Positions 38,814 to 48,566 of a stretch of 64,000 nucleotides of DNA are shown here, piece by piece. Within the stretch, counting starts at the first letter, position 1. Every line of letters starts with the position of its first letter. The DNA is from a virus. A program made the position numbers and the translations under genes. Where the stretch lies: IMG/VR virus record IMGVR_UViG_3300032323_003201, positions 8,062 to 72,061 of that record; one strand, 5' to 3'. The notes beneath the pieces are model-generated. The model saw only the letters and a program-made list of their open reading frames with translations. It searched no databases and was not told the DNA's origin.

Positions 38814-39680
38814 TTAAAACTGTGCCTCTTCCCATGTCTCACAATCTTCATCAAACTTTACCATGTCATCATGAATTGTGTCAAGGAAGTCAATCAAATT
38901 TGTTTGGGTGGTAGTGTAGGCACTCTTGCCACTTGCTCTATCATACCACTGGCACAAGGTGAAATCTTCATCATCACTTGCAATTAGTAGATATTCTGTC
39001 TTGCCATAGGTGACCAAGAGTCTGTCTTTGATACCAGGTGCACGATTGCGATTATAGGCCATGAGAAAGGTATCATCCTTGATTTCACAAGAGAGACCAA
39101 GGATCTGTGCCTTTTGGTAAGCCTCTGCAATGGTTTCTTCCTTGATACGAATTTCAGCTTGCTCTGAAGTCTCGAACAGCTCTGCCACTTGCACCTCACC
39201 ATAAGCCTCATCTAGCTTGCTCATACATGAGTCAAGGTTGTGTGTCAAAAACTTGAGACTGCTCTGCAATTGGTCAACCATTTTAAAGCTGTCCTTAACC
39301 ATGTTCTTGAGAGACATGACTTGATCAACACATGGACAATCATCATCTTGCATAGCTTGGATTTCAATAGCAGCAGTTTCAATGACCTGAGCAACTTGAT
39401 TGACAGTTTCAACAACAGCATCTACCAAGGTGTGTACTTGGTTTGTTGTTTCTTCTGCCACTTGTTCAAACACGATTTCAAATTGAGCGATGCCAGTCAT
39501 TTTGTAGCCAAGTCTTTTAGCGATAACAACAAGGATGGGTGTAAAGGGTGAGCTGGTGATTTCATCTTGTGACAATGCATTGCCTTGTGCGTCTACTAGA
39601 GAGAAGATACAGCCTTCAGAAACGATATGAGCTTGTGCTTTGGTGCTGGTGTGTGTAAATTGAAAAATTGACTTCATCAT
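38814..39680 (-). CDS. Hypothetical acidic coiled-coil protein (probable early gene)
   Basis: 288-aa ORF with RBS GGAG and its own promoter. Confidence 0.75.
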   Translation of the reverse strand: MMKSIFQFTHTSTKAQAHIVSEGCIFSLVDAQGNALSQDEITSSPFTPILVVIAKRLGYKMTGIAQFEIVFEQVAEETTNQVHTLVDAVVETVNQVAQVIETAAIEIQAMQDDDCPCVDQVMSLKNMVKDSFKMVDQLQSSLKFLTHNLDSCMSKLDEAYGEVQVAELFETSEQAEIRIKEETIAEAYQKAQILGLSCEIKDDTFLMAYNRNRAPGIKDRLLVTYGKTEYLLIASDDEDFTLCQWYDRASGKSAYTTTQTNLIDFLDTIHDDMVKFDEDCETWEEAQF

Positions 39681-39711
39681 TTTTTTTCTCCAAGGGAAAA
39701 AGTTTTGTTTT

Positions 39712-39785
39712 GGTTTGCTTGTGTCTTATATTTATCACTATGCAAAAAAGAAGTCAAGTAAAAAGTAAAATTTTTTAACTTTTTT
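39712..39785 (-). promoter_or_regulatory. Conserved promoter
   Basis: TTTACTTTTT-AC-TTGACT-N17-TAAATA...CAAGCAAAC. Confidence 0.65.
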
Positions 39786-40794
39786 TAATCTCATCATCCC
39801 ATAGCCAAAAGTTTTGATCGTTTTTTCTTCGTGTCTTGCGTGGTGGCAGACCTAGTTTTTTCACAATTGCACAGATATATGAGATAGAAACCTCAAGGGA
39901 TTCAGCTATTATTTTGTTGGGGTATCCCTTTTGCCTCATGTTTTTTATCTTCTCCAGTAGTAAGTGTGTCTTATATTTATTTATGAGAAAGTGATTTAAT
40001 TTATAAGTGTAAATATATGATTTAATAGTGCTTGGAGCTTTGCATAGGATATCTGCAATCTCCTCTACACTAAGATTTTGCTCAAGCAAGCCTCTTATCT
40101 TAGAAGCAGGCACAGCCTTGTATGCAGGTGCATCCATGACTTTGATTTGGTAGCTGCATAGGTAGGTTTGGATTGTGCGATGGGATAGACCAAGCTCACT
40201 GGCTATCTCTTTGGCACATAAACCCTCTGCCAGCTTTGCAAAGAAATATTCAGCAGGTGGCTTTTTGGTCTTCATGGTAAAGCCAGTGGTGTGCCTAATC
40301 TTAGCCACATAGCATGCTCTTGTCCCTACGAATTTAGCAATCTGCTCATTCGTAAGACTCGTGTCATTTCCCAAATATTCAACAATCCTTGTGGCCTTGC
40401 TCTTTTTACGATTTTTATCATATAGCTCAACATAGCCATATTTGACAATAGCTCTTCGCACAGAGTCACGATGGACACCTAGCTTTTTAGCCATGTATGC
40501 TGTGGATTTACCAGCTAGGATCATCTTATATAGATCCTTGGGTGAGATTGCTTTAGGCTGTGGCTTGGTCTTGATATGTCCCAAATATACATAAATGAGA
40601 CGCAAGATTGTGCCTTCCATTTTATGTATCTCCCCCCAAGCATCAAGACCTATCTTTTTGACAATTTTTGATTCAACCTTTTCATCCAATCCCATGCTTT
40701 CAAGCACAGGCTTGCACCTTTCAGTGAGCTGTTTCTTTACAAGTGGGTCATCTTGCATCTCAATACAGAGAGCAAGTAATTGTAGATCATCCAT
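39775..40794 (-). CDS. Multi-HTH DNA-binding protein
   Basis: About five tandem HTH-like units (MAKKLGVHRDSV, IAKFVGTRACYV, IASELGLSHRTI, IADILCKAPSTI, IAESLEVSISYI). Confidence 0.75.
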   Translation of the reverse strand: MDDLQLLALCIEMQDDPLVKKQLTERCKPVLESMGLDEKVESKIVKKIGLDAWGEIHKMEGTILRLIYVYLGHIKTKPQPKAISPKDLYKMILAGKSTAYMAKKLGVHRDSVRRAIVKYGYVELYDKNRKKSKATRIVEYLGNDTSLTNEQIAKFVGTRACYVAKIRHTTGFTMKTKKPPAEYFFAKLAEGLCAKEIASELGLSHRTIQTYLCSYQIKVMDAPAYKAVPASKIRGLLEQNLSVEEIADILCKAPSTIKSYIYTYKLNHFLINKYKTHLLLEKIKNMRQKGYPNKIIAESLEVSISYICAIVKKLGLPPRKTRRKNDQNFWLWDDEIKKS

Positions 40795-40894
40795 GTTCTT
40801 GTTTATCCTTTATGTGAGTTGGATTGACTCATGATAAACAATTTTTTTTACTTGATTGTATCAATGAAATTGAAAAAGTTTTTTTAACTTGAAT

Positions 40895-41425
40895 TTAAAT
40901 ATTTTTGTACAGATTAACTGAGTTATTTAGATCTAAAATCGTTTGCATGAATTGCTCTGGTGTGCCAACCAGTGCCTTCAATTGCTCTACGATATCAATA
41001 ATTTTTATACCATTCTCATTCTCTAGTGTTACAAAATCATGCTTGCTTAACTTTGTTACAATCGCAGGGATTTTATCTGTGCCTATGGAATAGGACATTT
41101 TAAGCCTCTTTGGTGTGATGATAAGCCTTTTCACTCGTGTGCGATACTCTTCTATATCAATATCATCCACATGAAACCAAGCATTGAAAATAAAGAATTG
41201 ATCCTTATCAATCTCTAGGCTTGTTTCGAATTTGATATAGGTATTCTTACAGGACATGCCAACAGTGGTGCAAACATAACAATAAGTTTTAAAATCAAAC
41301 ATGCTCTTAATCATTTTAGAGAATTGCCAATGGTAGTCAGAAGCATAGGCATGGTCATCATTTGTATCTTCTGGTGTGCTAGATACGAATGTAAAGACCC
41401 TCTCATTATCAAATAGATCAAGCAT
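40895..41425 (-). CDS. Hypothetical protein
   Basis: Start MLDLFDNE overlaps the upstream stop. Confidence 0.6.
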   Translation of the reverse strand: MLDLFDNERVFTFVSSTPEDTNDDHAYASDYHWQFSKMIKSMFDFKTYCYVCTTVGMSCKNTYIKFETSLEIDKDQFFIFNAWFHVDDIDIEEYRTRVKRLIITPKRLKMSYSIGTDKIPAIVTKLSKHDFVTLENENGIKIIDIVEQLKALVGTPEQFMQTILDLNNSVNLYKNI

Positions 41426-41711
41426 TGCTCTTACTCTTCTTATCTCTAGCACAAGCAAGTATACCATAGCCAGCCAAATCTTGATAAGGTGACTCACCCA
41501 TTGGGTCATTGTCCCTAGCAATCCTAGATATTTTGTCTAGCATTCGCACAATTACATGAATATCTTTATACTGAGCGATTGAGATACCATCAGGATAAAG
41601 AAGCTCCAAAATCTTTGTTGTCTTTGCAAAGGCATCACCATAGGCACTGTTCTTTTGCTCCAATAGCTGACCCAATTGGGTTGCGATTTGTACGAAGTCA
41701 GACTCAGCCAT
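41418..41711 (-). CDS. Nucleotide-modification-associated domain 1 (Nmad1/DUF1599-like) protein
   Basis: KNSAYGDAF...RMLDKISRI...ESPYQDLAGYGIL signature. Confidence 0.75.
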   Translation of the reverse strand: MAESDFVQIATQLGQLLEQKNSAYGDAFAKTTKILELLYPDGISIAQYKDIHVIVRMLDKISRIARDNDPMGESPYQDLAGYGILACARDKKSKSNA

Positions 41712-41880
41712 TTTCATTTTCCTTAAATACCTTACCACGAATTGTGACGAATTTTGAGCCATGCTCAATAAATACCTCGTCTGTGGATACATTGAATTTG
41801 GGTGGCACTTTCTTATGAGATACACCCTTGTCATCAATAAATGTGAGCTTGCCACTTTTTGTAATCAGTAGTTTCATGTT

Positions 41881-42357
41881 TTATCCTATGAAATGAAAAA
41901 TCGCTATGTTTGTCCAAAGCAGAAGGTAGAAAGGAATGCTCTCAAAGTCAAGTAGATCTACATAATCAAAACCATAGCTTGAGAAACGATTGCTGTCTAG
42001 GTTGTATCTTAGAGAGTTGTCCCCAGTGAGCCTTTGGACACAAATCCAATCATAGAGCCACTTGTATTCACAAATCTTTGCTTTGATGGAGCATTCAAGG
42101 CCAAGTAGTGAAACAAATAAAAAGGTAAAAATTAGAAAGTGCTGCTTATCACTTGGTAAGAATAGGCTTAGGATAACCAAGGTTGTGGCAATCATCTTCA
42201 TATACAATCTTTTACTTTGCTCTCGTTCGATTAGATTGAAGGCAAAATCTAGCTCTTTGTGGAATGCCTCTTGATCCATATATGCATCAGAGAGCTGATC
42301 ATCTTGCTCTAAAATTTCTTGAAGCTCATCAATTGTGCTTTTTTCTTCACTCATCAT
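41881..42357 (-). CDS. Hypothetical membrane protein
   Basis: Two adjacent TM segments plus a C-terminal hydrophobic segment. Confidence 0.6.
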   Translation of the reverse strand: MMSEEKSTIDELQEILEQDDQLSDAYMDQEAFHKELDFAFNLIEREQSKRLYMKMIATTLVILSLFLPSDKQHFLIFTFLFVSLLGLECSIKAKICEYKWLYDWICVQRLTGDNSLRYNLDSNRFSSYGFDYVDLLDFESIPFYLLLWTNIAIFHFIG

Positions 42358-42415
42358 AAATCCTTTGTGTGTGGGTGGCACATATAAACACACACTCACA
42401 AGCAATTTTTAAAAA

Positions 42416-43006
42416 TTATTTTTTATGCGTAATACAGCCTTGTTCATCTGGCTGTGCAGAGTAATCTCTTTTTTTTACCTGTTCAAGCTTGGTGGCCACT
42501 GCTGTTCTTACATCAATATCGCAAAGTGCTGCAAGGTGCATAAGCAAAATGTATAGGTCAGCAAATTCTTTTTCTTGTGCCTCTGTCCCCACATCTGTTT
42601 CTTCAAATTCCTTGATTTCATTTTTGAGATGGTTGATAACACCAGAGATGGAAGCTCTACCATCAAATTGAGTTTGCCACTGCCACACTTCCTTGGTGAT
42701 TGAGTCAAGGCTTGGGATAAGAGGCAAGTAAAACCCTACATTTTCACTATCAAGAGCTTTGAGCATAGGTAAATCCTCATCTGTTGCACCCATCTGTTCC
42801 CAATTGTACATGGGGGTGATTGTGCCACTTGGATTTAACTTGATACCTTCCAAAGCATTGTCATATTTTGCCTTGAGAAGAAGAGGCTCTTGATTGCATG
42901 CAGTGAAATGCTCAACAATTTGCAATTTCCTAGCCAAGTTATTTGCGACTAGGTAGTCAATTAAATATTTTTTTACAGTATGGGGTACAGCCACTTCAAT
43001 TTTCAT
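42416..43006 (-). CDS. MazG-fold NTP pyrophosphohydrolase (DUF550-like C-terminal domain)
   Basis: W...F......G.I.HLKNEIKE...EFADLYIL...K....KKRDY..PD motif. Confidence 0.7.
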   Translation of the reverse strand: MKIEVAVPHTVKKYLIDYLVANNLARKLQIVEHFTACNQEPLLLKAKYDNALEGIKLNPSGTITPMYNWEQMGATDEDLPMLKALDSENVGFYLPLIPSLDSITKEVWQWQTQFDGRASISGVINHLKNEIKEFEETDVGTEAQEKEFADLYILLMHLAALCDIDVRTAVATKLEQVKKRDYSAQPDEQGCITHKK

Positions 43007-43110
43007 TTTTTTGATCCTTCTTGGATATGTATATGTCTATATAGGTATGACATAACAATAAGCATAAGCATAAGGATATATATATAAAAATAGTAAAAAT
43101 TTCAGCTTAT

Positions 43111-43698
43111 TTATTTATGTGTGATAAAACCTTTAGCACCTATTGTATGACCCAATTCATTTCTTACAGGGTCAACTTGGAGCAAATCACCACGCTCAGG
43201 GATTGCCATAAAAACCATTGCAGACACAATGTAATACACACCTTCTTCATATGGTGGAAGGTCAACAACCACATCAAAAGGCTCTTTATAGGTCACTTTG
43301 GTTTTAATGATTGGTAAATAAAGGCCACTGACATCCACAGGAGCTACAACGAAGCAATGAGTTTTTACATCATCTTGCACTGCCTTACCACCCTTGTTTG
43401 TCATTCTTGCCACAAGACCAGATGGCTTGATTGTGCATAGAATTTCTTGTGTAATTTCATCCATCATATCGATAGGGTGGGGGGTTGCATTGTAGATACA
43501 TCTTGTATCCTGCTGTACTTCAAGAAGCTTTAATTGGTCTGCTGTGGCAAGCTTTCTAACTTCAATCCCATCTTCAACCTCTCTATGATTTTCAGAGAAG
43601 GTTAAAAAGGTCATGCGATTAATCAAGTCTTGATTTTCTTTGATTTTGGTATCAATCAAGGCTCTGATGGTTTTTAAATAAGATCTAAAATCACTCAT
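43111..43698 (-). CDS. Conserved phage hypothetical protein
   Basis: NATPHPI...PSG.VAR...LPPYEEGVYYIVS...RGDLL motif; start could also be 43710. Confidence 0.65.
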   Translation of the reverse strand: MSDFRSYLKTIRALIDTKIKENQDLINRMTFLTFSENHREVEDGIEVRKLATADQLKLLEVQQDTRCIYNATPHPIDMMDEITQEILCTIKPSGLVARMTNKGGKAVQDDVKTHCFVVAPVDVSGLYLPIIKTKVTYKEPFDVVVDLPPYEEGVYYIVSAMVFMAIPERGDLLQVDPVRNELGHTIGAKGFITHK

Positions 43699-43816
43699 TT
43701 GTGTATCCATGTGGGTGGGGGTTTGCTTTGAAACCAAAGATAACAAAAATATTTTAGATTGTATAGATAATTGTTTATATTTTATTTTTTATGAAAGATT
43801 TACTTATTCCGATTTA

Positions 43817-44764
43817 CTACCAACCCCACTCACCTGTCATACCACTTGCACTATAATCTGTGACTACACCCTCAAAAAAGTTTTTGAAAGACACCCCATT
43901 GACAATCCAATCAAGCCAAGGTAGTGGGTTTTTTTCAATATGATAAATAGGTGTGCAATTTAATTGGTGCAATCGTCTATCTGCTAGATACCTAATAAAT
44001 GTTTTAACAGCGACCTTGGTTAAGCTCTCCATCACTTGGATATCCCCAAAGATTAAATCAATGACTTGATCTTCTAGCTGCACTGCTGACTCAAACAGTC
44101 TCTTGATATCACTCTCACTTACCTTGACTTGGGTTTCTTCTACATAGGTATGGTAAAGCTTAGTCATTGCCTCAACATGTAAGCTCTCGTCTTTAATTGA
44201 CCATTCCACAACCTCACACATACCTTTCATTTTCCCATGCTGTTGGAAGTGTAAGAGCATGACAAATGCACTGAACAAGCTCATCCCTTCATTGCACACT
44301 GCTTGTGCCAGTGCATAGGCTGTTTGTGTGCTATCACTTGGGTTGATTGCTTGCATGTTGTGAATTTTATCTAGCATTGGCTTGTGACTAAGAAAATAAG
44401 CATACTCACTTTCATCAAGGCCAAGTGTGTCATTGAGTAGTGCATAAGCTCTCTGGTGTGTGCCTTCACGATTAGCAAAGGATAACAACATGTTGCGAAT
44501 TTCATTGTTCCTAAAAATAGGCAAGAATTGGTCAACATAGTTATCTGCTACAGCCACATCTGACTGAGTAAAAATTCTTAGGATTTGTGTGATAAAAAGC
44601 TTTTCAGTATCACTAAGACCCTTGCTTTTCCACTGCTTTACATCCTCCTGCAATTTTGCCTCCCATGTCCCCCAATGTGCCTTTTCATGACTCTCTGCAT
44701 ATTGCATTGCCCAAGGATAGTGGAAGGGTTTATATGTTTTGCTCTCTTTTAATAAATTACTCAT
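43817..44764 (-). CDS. nrdB: Ribonucleotide reductase class Ia, beta subunit
   Basis: DVAV, REGTHQRAY (radical Tyr), EGMSLFSAF, DESLH and NFFE motifs. Confidence 0.95.
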   Translation of the reverse strand: MSNLLKESKTYKPFHYPWAMQYAESHEKAHWGTWEAKLQEDVKQWKSKGLSDTEKLFITQILRIFTQSDVAVADNYVDQFLPIFRNNEIRNMLLSFANREGTHQRAYALLNDTLGLDESEYAYFLSHKPMLDKIHNMQAINPSDSTQTAYALAQAVCNEGMSLFSAFVMLLHFQQHGKMKGMCEVVEWSIKDESLHVEAMTKLYHTYVEETQVKVSESDIKRLFESAVQLEDQVIDLIFGDIQVMESLTKVAVKTFIRYLADRRLHQLNCTPIYHIEKNPLPWLDWIVNGVSFKNFFEGVVTDYSASGMTGEWGW

Positions 44765-44768
44765 TTTA

Positions 44769-46487
44769 TTATCCTTGACATGCGATACATTCATCAAGCT
44801 TTACGACTTGCTTGATAACTGGCTTACTGATTTTTTCTGCTTGTGTGCCTGCTGTTGTGCGAAGGTAGTACACAGATTTTAAGCCTTCCTTCCATGCTTG
44901 AAGGTGGCAGGCATTAACATACGATTTATCACTGCCTGAAGGGAAGAATAAATTAACAGATTGACCTTGGCAAATGTGTGCTTGTCTATCCCCAGCATGA
45001 GAAATCACCCACCTTTGATCAATTTCATATGCAGTCTTAAACACTTGCTTTTGTTGGTAGTTGAGCATTGGAAGGTGTTGTACTGACCCTTCATGAATTA
45101 TGATTGATTGCCACACATCTTCATACTCTGACTCAGTCAATCCTTTGAGCCTTAAAATCTCATCAAGATATTTATTCTTAGTTAGGAATGTGCCAGCTCG
45201 TGTGCGATGGGTGAAAGCATTGGCAACCCAAGGCTCAATGGATGGTGAGGTATCCAAAATGATGGATGAATTTGAGTTGGGAGCTACTGCTAACAAGTGT
45301 GCATTGCGTCTACATGTGCCAACACCATCAGGATACTCACCACGCTCAATCGCTAGGATTTCACTTTGAGCAATTGCCTTCTCTTGGATCAGCTTAAATA
45401 TTTTTTTATTGAGACCTTTGGCAACCACTGACTCAAAAGCCACATTCTTTCTTTGTAGGTATGAATGAAATCCCATCGTGCCAAGACCCAAGGATCTTTC
45501 TTGCCTTGCACCATGTATGGCATTGGCAAGTTGGGGGGGTGCATGGTCAATGAAATATTGAAGCACATTGTCCAAAAATGTTATGCAATCCTCAACAATG
45601 CTTGTATCTTTCCAATCATCAAAATATTCTAGGTTTAGGCTAGATAGACAACATACAGCTGACCTATCTTTGGCAGTTGGCAAAAAAATCTCGGAACAAA
45701 GATTTGAGCTATGTATTTGTAAGCCTTTATCCTTTAAAGCCTGTGGTAAAGCTCGATTAGCTGTGTCCTTGAACATAAGATATGGCTCACCTGTTCTAAA
45801 TCTCACCTCTAAAATTCGTTGCCACAATTCTCGTGCTTGGATTGTTTCCCTTGTTTCCTTTGTGTGTGGGTCAATCAAATCCCAACTCGTATTATCTATG
45901 ACAGCTGTCATGAAAGCATCACTTATGCAGATTGCATTGTGCAAATTGAAAGCCTTCCTATTGGTATCACCACCTGTAGGTAATCGTAAATTGAGAAATT
46001 CAATGATATCAGGATGGTCAACATCTAAGTATGCTGCATAGCTCGCTCTTCTAGTCTTGCCTTGTCTATATGCCTCAACATCACTATCAACAGTTTTGAT
46101 AAAAGGAATTGGCCCAGGTGCTTTTTGGGATACAGCTCTCACATGTCCCCAATAGCCACCTACACCACCACCTAGCACACCAAGCCACCTATTTTCAGTA
46201 GTGTGAGAGATGAGACCATCAAGGTCATCACTTACATAGGTGAGGTAGCAAGAGATTGGCAAGCCAGCTTTAACCTTCTCTTCTTCTTTCAATCTTGCAT
46301 TGGATAAAATAGGGGATGAGAACATAAACCACCCCTTTTTTACATAGCTATGGATACGACCAGCTAAATCCAAATCACCTGCACAATAAGCTAGGCTTGC
46401 TCGCTCAAAAGCCTCATCAATATTTTTTTCATATGGTAGTAAATAGTAGCTCGTCAATAGTGACAAAGCATGATCAGAAAATTGCAT
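44769..46487 (-). CDS. nrdA: Ribonucleotide reductase class I, alpha subunit (no ATP cone)
   Basis: LPISCY, SNLCSEI, VCCLSSLNL, APNSNSS, YYLRT and C-terminal CIACQG. Confidence 0.95.
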   Translation of the reverse strand: MQFSDHALSLLTSYYLLPYEKNIDEAFERASLAYCAGDLDLAGRIHSYVKKGWFMFSSPILSNARLKEEEKVKAGLPISCYLTYVSDDLDGLISHTTENRWLGVLGGGVGGYWGHVRAVSQKAPGPIPFIKTVDSDVEAYRQGKTRRASYAAYLDVDHPDIIEFLNLRLPTGGDTNRKAFNLHNAICISDAFMTAVIDNTSWDLIDPHTKETRETIQARELWQRILEVRFRTGEPYLMFKDTANRALPQALKDKGLQIHSSNLCSEIFLPTAKDRSAVCCLSSLNLEYFDDWKDTSIVEDCITFLDNVLQYFIDHAPPQLANAIHGARQERSLGLGTMGFHSYLQRKNVAFESVVAKGLNKKIFKLIQEKAIAQSEILAIERGEYPDGVGTCRRNAHLLAVAPNSNSSIILDTSPSIEPWVANAFTHRTRAGTFLTKNKYLDEILRLKGLTESEYEDVWQSIIIHEGSVQHLPMLNYQQKQVFKTAYEIDQRWVISHAGDRQAHICQGQSVNLFFPSGSDKSYVNACHLQAWKEGLKSVYYLRTTAGTQAEKISKPVIKQVVKLDECIACQG

Positions 46488-46572
46488 TTCATGTCTCCTT
46501 TGAATGGTTTTTCACTATATCCAAAACACAAGAAGCATGATGAAATTTTGAAACTCGTATCTCAGTCGTATT

Positions 46573-47421
46573 TCATTTATGACAAGCTAGACACACCTTA
46601 ACAGATCCATAAACATCATCTGTATCAAGGGAGCATGATCCACCCTGTAGTAAATTTGTGCGTCTTTTCTTTGCTTGCTTGTCTTGATATTGTTGCTTTC
46701 TCTTCTCATAGTCAGCTTTGATTTGAGCTACCCTCTCTGGTTGTGCTAGTTGCTCAAGGCTTTCATTCTCTGACCAAGTGAAAAAATAGCCATCCTTGAT
46801 ACTACTCTTTTCATAATCGATAGCCTCTTGAAAGGCTTGGGGGTGTCTCTCAAGTAACCCAACCCATTCAATCTTTCTTTGGAAAAAGCAAAAGGTGCAT
46901 CCACTTCTACTTCTCCATTCATAGTATTGTGGTAAACCAAGACCAGCATCACTAAGTAGGCTCATGACTCTTGGCTTATCAATGCCATTTTCCCTAAGAG
47001 GGAGCTTAATGATTAGGTTTGAGTCTTTTGATTGGTATCCCTCTCTAAACTCTTCATCTGCACGAATAGCCACATAAGAATAAACTGTATAGCCTTCTTC
47101 TAAGAATGCCTGCACCCAATCTTCAAAGGGTTTCAATTTCATCTTTATGGTGCACCATCGATCAGTGGCACTTGGTAAATAATTACCATGTTGTCTAAGC
47201 CAAAAGTCAAAATCTCTCTTAGAGTCAAGTCTATTGATCTTCTTTCTAAGATAACCCTCTAGCCTATTTAGAAAATCATAGGTTTCAGGCAATTCTTTAC
47301 CTGTATCTGTGAAGAAATACTCAATATCAATATCAGGGTGATATGTTCTCATGTAGACTGCAAGGCCTGCACTATCCTTACCACCAGATATACCAAGCAC
47401 ATGTTTTTCTTTTTTAAGCAT
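46573..47421 (-). CDS. PAPS-reductase-family PP-loop protein, SspD-like
   Basis: GISGGKDS PP-loop; FTDTGKELPE, RWCT, SRSGCTFCFFQRKIEW and terminal CLACHK. From memory this resembles the SspD/BREX-4 subfamily rather than CysH. Confidence 0.8.
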   Translation of the reverse strand: MLKKEKHVLGISGGKDSAGLAVYMRTYHPDIDIEYFFTDTGKELPETYDFLNRLEGYLRKKINRLDSKRDFDFWLRQHGNYLPSATDRWCTIKMKLKPFEDWVQAFLEEGYTVYSYVAIRADEEFREGYQSKDSNLIIKLPLRENGIDKPRVMSLLSDAGLGLPQYYEWRSRSGCTFCFFQRKIEWVGLLERHPQAFQEAIDYEKSSIKDGYFFTWSENESLEQLAQPERVAQIKADYEKRKQQYQDKQAKKRRTNLLQGGSCSLDTDDVYGSVKVCLACHK

Positions 47422-47423
47422 GA

Positions 47424-48506
47424 CTAAGCTCTTCTTGCCATCACGATCATTTGTGTTTTCTCATCACTGGATTTAAGAAGCAATGGTGTCATCTCGCTTA
47501 GTGAGTGATAGGCTAGGTCAGTATTTGTAAAGCCATGAAACAGGTAGTCTAGTTGAAATCTCATGGTATAAATTGGGTCAGATGCTAGGGTGTCATATTG
47601 GTACACCTCTTGAGCCTTGACAGTACAGCTCATTCTAAAGTTATTAAACTCATCTAGGGAAATGAGAATGGTTGAGTCACCCCCACCCACCTTTCTACAT
47701 TGACCAAGTGCCTTCTTCATGTCCTCTGTCACCTTATATTCAAAGCTATGCTTTTTAGGTAGCACAGCATGAATATCAGGATAATCCTCCACAAGCAAAC
47801 GAATAGACAAGCTCCGATGCACATCAGAGAAAACAAGACTTGTGCCTTGCTTAAAGATAGCAGGGTAAGAGGTGGATGATAGGAAGCTCAAGATATGAGA
47901 TACAGCAGAGCTAGGGATAAGAGCATTGAAATGAAGATCCTTATTCAATTTCTTATTTAGATTTAGGAAGGTAGCAGCATGGCCATTGGTTGAGTACATG
48001 CTTAATTTACCATCATCACAAACAAGATACACACTACATAAGCGAATGCGACTCTCGTCCTTACTGACAAATGGAATAGCTAGAGATAGGCAATGAGATA
48101 GCTCCTTAACCTCTTCATCTGTCCAAACAACCATGCCTTCAGGTGCTAAGGGTGTCTCAATGGTTGGGTAATCTTGAGCTGGCAAGGCTTGCACGAAGAT
48201 TGTGACTTTACCACATAGAGCCACATTCTTTTCTAAATCAAAATCCACAGTGCCAGAGCATACAGAAATAATTTGTTGGATTGACTCATGGTGAATAAGA
48301 ATTGTGCCATCCTTATGATCAGTTGATGCAAGTGTAAGTGTTGAGCAAATTGTCATTTGTAGGTCAGTGGCAGACACCAAAAGATCATCCCCCACGATTT
48401 GGAATTTGATCATGGCAAGGTATTCAGGTTGTTTAACAAGCTTGGCAAGTGAAACAACAGCCTTGAGCTGTGTTAAGTGCTTAGTAATATCAAGTGAGAA
48501 TTTCAA
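47424..48506 (-). CDS. dnaN: DNA polymerase III beta sliding clamp
   Basis: SATDL, LPAQDYP, SKDESR, STNGH, RLL..DYPD..AVLP, F...YL and C-terminal IVM motifs; 360 aa; TTG start. Confidence 0.8.
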   Translation of the reverse strand: MKFSLDITKHLTQLKAVVSLAKLVKQPEYLAMIKFQIVGDDLLVSATDLQMTICSTLTLASTDHKDGTILIHHESIQQIISVCSGTVDFDLEKNVALCGKVTIFVQALPAQDYPTIETPLAPEGMVVWTDEEVKELSHCLSLAIPFVSKDESRIRLCSVYLVCDDGKLSMYSTNGHAATFLNLNKKLNKDLHFNALIPSSAVSHILSFLSSTSYPAIFKQGTSLVFSDVHRSLSIRLLVEDYPDIHAVLPKKHSFEYKVTEDMKKALGQCRKVGGGDSTILISLDEFNNFRMSCTVKAQEVYQYDTLASDPIYTMRFQLDYLFHGFTNTDLAYHSLSEMTPLLLKSSDEKTQMIVMARRA

Positions 48507-48566
48507 GTGTTTTGTCCTTTCATAAAAAGTGAGACACTATATAACAAAAAAATTCAAGCTTGTTGT

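Noticed and set aside
41400-41425. N-terminal MLDLF resembling a beta-clamp-binding motif; also a shared VDAQGxAL in the 38814 and 58176 proteins
   Set aside because: Too short to distinguish from chance without homologue conservation.
42416-43006. Full 2-aminoadenine (Z) genome hypothesis based on the DUF550-like gene
   Set aside because: No purZ or datZ in the window, adenine methyltransferases are present, and A-containing ACGT appears avoided while GGCC is not.
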